DNA of 64,000 nucleotides from NCBI GenBank assembly GCA_019114755.1, contig DXEW01000029.1, positions 48,443 to 112,442 on the forward strand. The letters are read 5' to 3'. The notes under the pieces were generated by a model. It was not told the origin of the DNA and did no database searches. It saw only the letters and a program-made list of their open reading frames with translations. Of the stretch, positions 57,491 through 64,000 are shown piece after piece. The translations under genes and the position numbers were made by a program. The stretch comes from Candidatus Borkfalkia faecavium (GTDB lineage: Bacteria; Bacillota; Clostridia; Christensenellales; Borkfalkiaceae). How positions within the stretch are numbered: the stretch's first letter is position 1; each line of letters starts with the position of its first letter.

Positions 57491-57661
57491 AGAGCCATAC
57501 AAGCGGCAATATATAAACGGCGGCAAAATAAGCCGAACGGCGAGGCGCAAGCCGCTGCGAAGAAGCGGCGGGCGGCGAGCTGCGGCGGCAAAATGAGCCG
57601 GGCGGCGAGCCAAACTGCGGCGAAGCAGCGGCGGGCGGCGAGCTGCGGCGGGAGAAAAAAG

Positions 57662-58084
57662 ATGAGCGACGATATTTTGAATTTAGACAACGAAATGACC
57701 TTCGCCCTGTACGCCTGTTCCAAGGGGCTGATCCAAAAGTACAGCCCCGTTTTGGAACGGCTGGGGCTGACGTACACCTCGTATTTGGCCATGCTCGCCC
57801 TGTGGGAGCACGACCGGGTGAGCATTTCGGAATTGGGCAAAAAACTGTATTTAGACTCCGGCACGCTGACGCCTCTCTTAAAAAAGATGGAAAGACAGGG
57901 GCTGATCGTGCGCGAGCGCAGCGGAGAAGACGAGCGCGTCGTGTATATCAGCCTGACGGAGGCGGGAAGGCGGCTGCGCGACCGCGCGGAACGGATGATC
58001 TCCGCCCTCAAAAGCTCTCTGCCCGAAAACAATACCCTCGCCGAAGCGCTGAAAAAACTGCTGCCCTACCTGTACGGCATTTGA
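57662..58084 (+). CDS. MarR family regulator (OhrR-like)
   Basis: LTYTSYLAMLALWE, LYLDSGTLTPLLKKME, DERVVYISLT. Confidence 0.9.
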   Translation: MSDDILNLDNEMTFALYACSKGLIQKYSPVLERLGLTYTSYLAMLALWEHDRVSISELGKKLYLDSGTLTPLLKKMERQGLIVRERSGEDERVVYISLTEAGRRLRDRAERMISALKSSLPENNTLAEALKKLLPYLYGI

Positions 58085-58248
58085 GGCAGTAAACCGGCGG
58101 TCGAACGGGCAGCGCGGCCGCACTGTACGATCCGCCCTTCTGATACGGCGTTTGCGGCGGCAAGCCGGCGGTGAAAATCGAACGGGCGGCGCGCCCCGCC
58201 TGCACCGCGTTGAGCGCTTCAAAATTTCAAAAGACAGGAGGACAACCC

Positions 58249-58890
58249 ATGCAAGGACCCGACCCGAACCAACTGTTCCCCAACAAAAATATCCCGAGTG
58301 TCTGTTTTATCAAAAACGCTGTCACGCGGCCGAACATCATCGTCGGCGATTACACCTATTACGACGACTGCGACGGCGCCGAACGGTTTGAAGAGCACGT
58401 CACCCACCACTACGAATTTATCGGCGACAAGCTGATCATCGGCAAGTTCTGCGCCATCGGCAAAGGGGTGGAATTTATCATGAACGGCGCCAACCACCGC
58501 ATGGGCTCGGTCACCACCTACCCCTTCAATATCATGGGCGGCGGCTGGGAAAAATCGACGCCCGCCCTGTGCGATCTGCCCTTGAAGGGCGACACCGTGG
58601 TGGAAAACGACGTGTGGATCGGACAGAACGTGACCATTCTGCCCGGCGTGCATATCGGCAGCGGCGCCATCATCGGGGCAAATTCCGTCGTCTCGAAAGA
58701 CGTGCCGCCCTACTGCATCGCCGCCGGCAACCCCGCGCGCATCGTCCGCAAGCGCTTTGACGAGGAGACTGTCGCCTTTTTGCTCGATCTGCGCTGGTGG
58801 GATTGGCCGCCCGAACGCATCTTTGAAAACCTCGACCTCTTGTGCAGCGGCGACATCGAAAAGCTCAAACAGCTCCGTTTGGAGCGGTGA
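58249..58890 (+). CDS. Vat-family (streptogramin A)/CatB-related O-acetyltransferase
   Basis: GPDPN, NIIVGDYTYYDD, HHYEFIGDKLIIGKFCAI, MNGANH, TYPF, KGDTVVENDVWIG, WWDW. Confidence 0.88.
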   Translation: MQGPDPNQLFPNKNIPSVCFIKNAVTRPNIIVGDYTYYDDCDGAERFEEHVTHHYEFIGDKLIIGKFCAIGKGVEFIMNGANHRMGSVTTYPFNIMGGGWEKSTPALCDLPLKGDTVVENDVWIGQNVTILPGVHIGSGAIIGANSVVSKDVPPYCIAAGNPARIVRKRFDEETVAFLLDLRWWDWPPERIFENLDLLCSGDIEKLKQLRLER

Positions 58891-58988
58891 AAGCAAACAA
58901 CTTCACATCCGCCGGGCACAACAGAATAAATTCTATTTTTTATCAGATTTTTCATCGCAATTCCTATGATCGTTTTACAATTCTCCTT

Positions 58989-59017
58989 TTGACATTTTTT
59001 ATATTCTATGGTATAAT
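58989..59017 (+). promoter_or_regulatory. Consensus sigma-A promoter with no downstream plus-strand gene (antisense/sRNA promoter)
   Basis: TTGACA-N17-TATAAT with extended TG. Confidence 0.8.
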
Positions 59018-59064
59018 ACGCTTGCTAAGGGGAGGTTCCCCCTCCCCCGTGCAACTGTCAACCG

Positions 59065-59175
59065 TTATTCGTTCTCGGTTGATCCAGGCTCTTTGGCTTT
59101 GTCTTGTGGCTTTAATCGAATTGTTATGCTGGACACATTGGTCAATTCGAGTAAAGATTTTAAGACTTCTGCCAA
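59065..59175 (-). CDS. Putative small protein (~36 aa)
   Basis: Manual translation (M/L)AEVLKSLLELTNVSSITIRLKPQDKAKEPGSTENE*; own promoter upstream and hairpin downstream; start codon uncertain. Confidence 0.35.
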   Translation of the reverse strand: MAEVLKSLLELTNVSSITIRLKPQDKAKEPGSTENE

Positions 59176-59227
59176 GGAGTTTTTTTCTTTGCCCCGCCGA
59201 TCTCGCCTTCTTCATTTTTTCGCTCAT

Positions 59228-59256
59228 GTTATAACAAACATTTTGCCTGCCGTCAA
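59228..59256 (-). promoter_or_regulatory. sigma-A promoter convergent with 58989-59017
   Basis: TTGACG-N17-TATAAC. Confidence 0.65.
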
Positions 59257-59301
59257 CTATTTACAAGCATTCTGCTTTTCAATCTCCCTAAAATGCCCCC
59301 T

Positions 59302-59503
59302 TGCACCTTCAGGGTATCCGCCGAAACCCCGCAAGCGGGGTCCCCTCGGCGGAGCGTCGCAGGCTTCGTTGAATTGCCGTTTCCCTTCGGGAGCCTCGGC
59401 AAAGCGTCGCGGCCGTTGGCCGCTCGCGCGCGCGAACCCTCCGGGTTCTCGCCCTTGCAGACATACCAAAAAAGAAGCACAGGTATGACCTGTGCTTCTT
59501 TTT
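59302..59503. repeat. tRNA-linked structured element with a duplicated tRNA-Lys 3' end, plus tRNA operon terminator
   Basis: TGCACCTTCAGGG at 59302-59314 repeats 59507-59519; followed by TATCCGCCGAAACCCCGCAAGCGGGGTCCCCTCGGCGGA; terminator AAAAAAGAAGCACAGG..CCTGTGCTTCTTTTTT. Confidence 0.7.
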
Positions 59504-59579
59504 TGGTGCACCTTCAGGGACTCGAACCCGGGACCCACTGATTAAGAGTCAGTTGCTCTACCAACTGAGCTAAAGGTGC
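59504..59579 (-). tRNA. tRNA-Lys(CTT)
   Basis: Cloverleaf, ACTGA-CT-CTT-AA-TCAGT, CCA end. Confidence 0.95.
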
Positions 59580-59585
59580 ATATAT

Positions 59586-59661
59586 TGGTGATCCATCCGC
59601 GATTCGAACGCGGGACACCGTGATTAAAAGTCACGTGCTCTGCCAACTGAGCTAATGGACC
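59586..59661 (-). tRNA. tRNA-Lys(TTT)
   Basis: CGTGA-CT-TTT-AA-TCACG, CCA end. Confidence 0.95.
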
Positions 59662-59676
59662 GTGCCTAAACGCAGA

Positions 59677-59751
59677 TGGCTGGGGTGGCAAGATTCGAAC
59701 TTACGAATGCTGGAATCAAAATCCAGTGCCTTACCGCTTGGCGACACCCCA
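59677..59751 (-). tRNA. tRNA-Gln(TTG)
   Basis: CTGGA-TT-TTG-AT-TCCAG, CCA end. Confidence 0.95.
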
Positions 59752-59763
59752 ATAAAAAGTTTA

Positions 59764-59841
59764 TGGGGCGGGCAACGGGAATCGAACCCACGACCTCCAG
59801 AGCCACAATCTGGCGCTCTAACCAACTGAGCTACACCCGCC
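59764..59841 (-). tRNA. tRNA-His(GTG)
   Basis: CCAGA-TT-GTG-GC-TCTGG, G-1, CCA end. Confidence 0.95.
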
Positions 59842-59850
59842 ATAAAACTT

Positions 59851-59927
<77 letters not shown>

Positions 59928-59957
59928 ATATCCATGCTCGACTCTCATCTCTGCTTT

Positions 59958-60031
<74 letters not shown>

Positions 60032-60049
60032 GATTCACAACGCTAAATG

Positions 60050-60078
60050 AGTATACCAAATAGAGAATTTTTTGTCAA
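60050..60078 (-). promoter_or_regulatory. sigma-A promoter of the tRNA operon
   Basis: TTGACA-N17-TATACT with extended TG. Confidence 0.85.
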
Positions 60079-60200
60079 ATAAATTTCGGGCGTTTTTGAT
60101 GATTTTTGAAAAAAATAAATTCTGCCGTCTGCGCTTGCCCCCCCGCCCCTCTTGCAGCGGCGGGGAACAATACTTCTTTCATAACACAAAAAAATATATT

Positions 60201-60677
60201 TTAGCGCCCCTGCAGGTCGACGATGGTCGCCACCGCCTTTTTTTGATGGATAACGAGGTAACAATAGGTCTGCCGCGGCGAATAGCGTGTCATGCAGCCG
60301 GGGTTGACCACGAGCACCCCTTCCTGTTCGTGCACGTCCGCCTCGTGGGTGTGGCCGTAGAGGGCGACGTCGCACAGGTTCTTTTTCGCCTCCGAAACGA
60401 GGCGCGCCGTCCCCTCCTTGACGCCGTAACGATGCCCGTGGCAGGCAAAGATGCGCCTTCCTTCCACTTCCAGCACGATCTCCGCCTCGCCGCCGGAAAA
60501 ATCGTTGTTGCCGGCAACGAGGTAGGTCTTTCCGGGATAGTCTCGCGCCAGCATGCGGCCGTCGGAGACCATGTCGCCGAGGTGGATGATGTAGTCGCAC
60601 TCCGAAAGCACGGTGGAAAGCTTTTGCAGGGGGGCGATGTTATAATGGGTATCGGATAGGATGACGACCGTCTTCAT
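60201..60677 (-). CDS. YfcE/YsnB family metallophosphoesterase
   Basis: SDTH, HLGD, GNND, CHGH, GHTH, NPG. Confidence 0.92.
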   Translation of the reverse strand: MKTVVILSDTHYNIAPLQKLSTVLSECDYIIHLGDMVSDGRMLARDYPGKTYLVAGNNDFSGGEAEIVLEVEGRRIFACHGHRYGVKEGTARLVSEAKKNLCDVALYGHTHEADVHEQEGVLVVNPGCMTRYSPRQTYCYLVIHQKKAVATIVDLQGR

Positions 60678-61270
60678 ACCTGCTCCTCCGCGAGTTTTTC
60701 CGCCAGCGCCGCCAGCGCCTTGGCGCGGTGCGAGACGGCGTTCTTTTCTTCCGCTCCCGCACGGCCGAAGCTTTTATTGAGTTCGCTGCTGTAGAAGACG
60801 GGGTCGTAGCCGAAGCCGCCTTCCCCTTCCGCCGCCTCCAAGATGCGGCCGTATGCCCTGCCGTGCGCCGTCAGCTCTTTTCCGCCCGGGAACACCAGCG
60901 CCACGCAGCTTTCAAAATACGCCGTGCGCTGCTTTGCGGGGAGGCCCGCAAGTTTTTGCAGGAGAAGGGCGTTGTTGGCGGCGTCGTCGCCGTGCCTGCC
61001 GCAGAAGCGGGCGCTGTACACGCCGGGCGCGCCGCCGAGCGCTTCCACGCACAGGCCGGAGTCGTCCGCCAAGGCGATGCGGCCCAGCGCCTTGCAGACG
61101 GCGCGCGCCTTGATGAGGGCGTTCTCTTCAAAGGTGGAGCCCGTCTCTTCGATGTCGCCGCAAAAGCCCGCCTCCTGCATGGATACGACCTCGTACCCCT
61201 GAAAGATCTGCTCGATCTCGCGCAGTTTTGCGCGGTTGCCGCTCGCCACAACGATCTGTTCCATGGCCAT
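60674..61270 (-). CDS. rdgB: RdgB/HAM1 non-canonical purine NTP pyrophosphatase
   Basis: ASGNRAKLRE, ENALIKA, ADDSGL, PGVYSAR, GFGYDPVF, KNAVSHR. Confidence 0.95.
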   Translation of the reverse strand: MAMEQIVVASGNRAKLREIEQIFQGYEVVSMQEAGFCGDIEETGSTFEENALIKARAVCKALGRIALADDSGLCVEALGGAPGVYSARFCGRHGDDAANNALLLQKLAGLPAKQRTAYFESCVALVFPGGKELTAHGRAYGRILEAAEGEGGFGYDPVFYSSELNKSFGRAGAEEKNAVSHRAKALAALAEKLAEEQV

Positions 61271-61281
61271 TACCTCGTCAT

Positions 61282-61309
61282 TATGTCACACATAGTACTA
61301 TGCAAAGCG
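61282..61309 (+). repeat. Dispersed palindromic intergenic repeat, copy 5
   Basis: TATGTCACACATAGTACTATGCAAAGCG. Confidence 0.7.
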
Positions 61310-61598
61310 CGCTTTTACCGCTTTTGCCGCCGCCTGTCATGCACGCGGCGAGGGACATTTTATCCCCTCCTTTTGTAGTATACTACATTTTCTGCGCGCG
61401 CGCAACGATTTGAGGGGCGAATTTATCGTTCCGCCGCTGGCGAATGTATTTTTGTATAAATTGACGAAAATCGCCCGCGTTTTTGGAAAATGTAACACGA
61501 TGGTGCGGTTTTGCTCACTTTTGAGCAGCTTTTGTAAACAGGATGATATAGATTTTCAGCACATTGTATGCTATAATAGAGGCAAAGGAGGGATAGCC

Positions 61599-62609
61599 AT
61601 GAACGAAGAAAGATATCCTTTGGGCGCCCCGGAAGGCGCAGATATGCCGAACGAGGTTCCCACGCAAGGCACCGCATTGAATGACGCCGCTCCCCTGCAA
61701 GGCGCGGCGCAAGGAAGCGCACAAACCGCGCAGAACGCGCCTGCCATGCAGGAAGACAGCGTGCCCATGCAGAAAGACGACGCGCCCGTGCAGGAAGCCG
61801 GCACACCCGTGCAGGAAGACAACGCGCCCGTGCAGGAAGCCGTCACACCCGCGGCACAAGAAGAGCTGCCCGCAGCGATGCGCGGCATGCGGAAGTCGCG
61901 CATGAAAAAGCAACTGATCGCGGGGATCGTTTTGATCGCCGCAGCCGCGGTACTGCTGTTCCTTTCCGTACCTTTGGGATTTTTCGGTTCGCCCAGCCTG
62001 CTGCTGCTCCTCATCGGCATCGGCGCGGCGGGCGTCATCCTGTTGCTGTGCGCGCTGTACCAAAAACTGATGCTGCGCGGTTTCAAAAACTGCCCCGGCG
62101 AAGAATTTGCCCACAGCAAGGCGCTCGCCGCCATCGGGGCGACCGTACTGGGGCTCGCCCTTATCGTGCTGCTCGTTTTAGGCCCCGTCACCCAATGGGA
62201 CATCGGCGCCTCGTTCGCCATCCCCGTCGCCATCGGCGGCGGAGTGGTGCTGCTGTGCGCGCTGGGCGCACGCCTTTCCGCAGGCGCGGCGGCACAGGGA
62301 AAGCCGTACAGCGCCCTGCCGATGGCCGCCATCTCGATCGACTTCGGCTTTGCCGTGCTTCTGTTCGGCGGCATGTTCCTCTACGCAGTCTCCAGCCTTC
62401 TCAGCCTGCTCGGGCTTTTGATGGCATTCCTTTCCATCTTTACCCCCTTTGCGGGCGTCGCCTGCGGCATCGTCGCCCTCACCAAAAAGAACAAACTGAC
62501 CAAGGGCGGCACCGCCCTCAGCATCATCGCCATCGCCCTGCCCGTCGTCGTCTGCGCCGTCGTCATCCTGCTGTTCAGCACGGGCGTGTGGGTCATCCGC
62601 CTGATGTGA
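61599..62609 (+). CDS. Hypothetical multi-pass membrane protein with repetitive N-terminus
   Basis: AGGAGG RBS and TGCTATAAT upstream; heptad (P)VQEDNA-type repeats followed by ~7 TM segments. Confidence 0.75.
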   Translation: MNEERYPLGAPEGADMPNEVPTQGTALNDAAPLQGAAQGSAQTAQNAPAMQEDSVPMQKDDAPVQEAGTPVQEDNAPVQEAVTPAAQEELPAAMRGMRKSRMKKQLIAGIVLIAAAAVLLFLSVPLGFFGSPSLLLLLIGIGAAGVILLLCALYQKLMLRGFKNCPGEEFAHSKALAAIGATVLGLALIVLLVLGPVTQWDIGASFAIPVAIGGGVVLLCALGARLSAGAAAQGKPYSALPMAAISIDFGFAVLLFGGMFLYAVSSLLSLLGLLMAFLSIFTPFAGVACGIVALTKKNKLTKGGTALSIIAIALPVVVCAVVILLFSTGVWVIRLM

Positions 62610-62619
62610 GGAGACAGCC

Positions 62620-63819
62620 ATGACCGCAAAAAAGATATTGCTGTATGCCGCCAGGGCCGCGGGGAGCCTTGCCGCCTGCGCGCTCGCCTTCGCCGCCCTG
62701 TGGCGGTACGAATACCCGCAGCAGCTGACGCAGATCGACAACCTCGTCGGCATGATCCCCCTCGCCTTCGGGCTGCTGTTCGCGGGCTGCATCTGCGCCC
62801 TTTTGTGGATTCCGCACGGCAGGCGCACGGCGGCGCTGGCCGTCTGCCTGGCGGCGATCTCGCTGCTCGCGGCGGCGCTCTTCCCCTTGGCGGTGCGCGG
62901 CAACTGGTGGATCGATTACGGCAACGGCTCGGGCGAGGGCGCAGGCCCCGACCTGACGCTCTATTCCCCTTTTGAAGAAGACACGCTGGCGGCGACCTTG
63001 GAGGAAGAGGCGGCGCTGCACCTTGCGGGAGAGCTGCCCGTTTTGGACGGCGCCACGGCGCTGTACCCGCTGTATGCCGCCTTCGCGCAGGCGGTGTACG
63101 AGGAAGAAGACTACGCGGCGGGGCTGACGGAGGGCACGGTGCGCTGCACGAACACGGCGAACGCCTATGAAGCCGTCGTTTCGGGCGAGGCGGACATCAT
63201 CTTCGTGGCGGGGCCTTCGGAAAAACAGAAACAGGCCGCCGCCGACGCGGGCGCGGAGCTGGTGCTCACCCCCATCGGCAGAGAGGCGTTCGTGTTCATC
63301 GTCGGCAAGAGCAACCCCGTGGGGGGGCTCAGCTATCAGCAGATCCGCAACATCTATTCGGGCAAGACGGCGCACTGGCGCACGCTGGGCTGGGAGGAAG
63401 GCGGCTCCGTCATCGCCTTCCAGCGGCCGGAAGGTTCGGGAAGCCAGTCCGGCCTGCAGCGCGTCATGGGCGACATGCCCATCGTCGCCCCGCAGCCGCT
63501 GCCCGACAAGAGCCTCGTTGGCAGCAACAGCCTCATGCAGCAGGTCTCTGTATGGTGGAAGGGGGTACAGCCCGCGCTCGGCTACTCGTACCGCTACTAC
63601 GCGCAGACGATGTACGCCAACCCGGATACAAAGCTGCTCGCCATCGACGGCTATTCCCCCACCGAAGAAAATATCCGCAGCGGCGACTATCCCTTCGTCA
63701 ACAACTTTTACGCCGTGACGAACGGCGAGCCGACGGGAAAAGCAAAGCAGCTGATCGACTGGATCTGCGGGCAGCAGGGGCAGGAACTGATCGTGAAGAC
63801 GGGCTACACGCCGCTGTAA
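62620..63819 (+). CDS. PstS-like periplasmic-binding-protein domain fused to N-terminal TM helices
   Basis: LDGATALYPLY, ADIIF, PIGREAFVF, NPV, IYSGK..W..LG, QRPEGSGSQ, GYSYRYY, ENIRSGDYP, GQELIVKTGY. Confidence 0.85.
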   Translation: MTAKKILLYAARAAGSLAACALAFAALWRYEYPQQLTQIDNLVGMIPLAFGLLFAGCICALLWIPHGRRTAALAVCLAAISLLAAALFPLAVRGNWWIDYGNGSGEGAGPDLTLYSPFEEDTLAATLEEEAALHLAGELPVLDGATALYPLYAAFAQAVYEEEDYAAGLTEGTVRCTNTANAYEAVVSGEADIIFVAGPSEKQKQAAADAGAELVLTPIGREAFVFIVGKSNPVGGLSYQQIRNIYSGKTAHWRTLGWEEGGSVIAFQRPEGSGSQSGLQRVMGDMPIVAPQPLPDKSLVGSNSLMQQVSVWWKGVQPALGYSYRYYAQTMYANPDTKLLAIDGYSPTEENIRSGDYPFVNNFYAVTNGEPTGKAKQLIDWICGQQGQELIVKTGYTPL

Positions 63820-63869
63820 GGCGGCCCGCGGTCTTTTCTCTTCCGCAAAACAAACAAATGACTATATAC

Positions 63870-63908
63870 AAGGGCGGCGCGCTTCCCTTTGGGATGCGCG
63901 CCGCCCTT
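63870..63908. terminator. Hairpin after the PstS-like gene
   Basis: AAGGGCGGCGCGC...GCGCGCCGCCCTT inverted repeat. Confidence 0.5.
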
Positions 63909-64000
63909 ATGCCCCACCTATTTCCCCTTCTGCCCCTCGCTTCAGATCTGTTCCCGAAAAAAGATGCGCGGAGGGCGATTTCGTTCATTCACTTGACAAT

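Noticed and set aside
59006-59227. 73-aa minus-strand ORF from the track
   Set aside because: Its ATG abuts the -10 box (upstream of a plausible TSS) and it runs through the hairpin; the alternative 36-aa frame looks more protein-like, though both are uncertain.

Overview
GC-rich chromosomal segment of a spore-forming Clostridia-class bacterium (taxonomy inferred from gene order, sigma-A/sporulation-type promoters and the tRNA set). It carries mostly minus-strand housekeeping genes (comEC, mfd, pth, prs, tadA, rlmH, rarA, pheA, DAHP synthase, coaD, rsmD, alr, guaA/guaB, hemW, lepA, rdgB), plus-strand fumarase, LytTR/GHKL-GH3 and mtnN-luxS-ung-apgM clusters, and seven tRNA genes. The main accessory feature is a ~5 kb AT-rich islet (43010-48033) inserted in the 3' end of guaA. 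It is bounded by a TCCCACTCGA direct repeat and TGTTATCA arm-type repeats and has no integrase. It encodes an Xre regulator, a BsuBI/PstI-type R-M pair and a translationally coupled pair of uncharacterised genes (wHTH-HEPN/DUF4145-like and tandem wHTH-like), which is the best candidate here for an undescribed defence module. Other observations: a 1888-aa DUF4011/SF1 helicase/nuclease (Hhe-like) gene; a glutaminase-less GMP synthase paralog; a hairpin element found twice downstream of tRNAs next to copies of the tRNA 3' end; five co-oriented copies of a covarying intergenic palindrome; and a small ORF between convergent sigma-A promoters resembling a cis-antisense (type I TA-like) module. All family assignments are by motif recognition, and no database searches were run.
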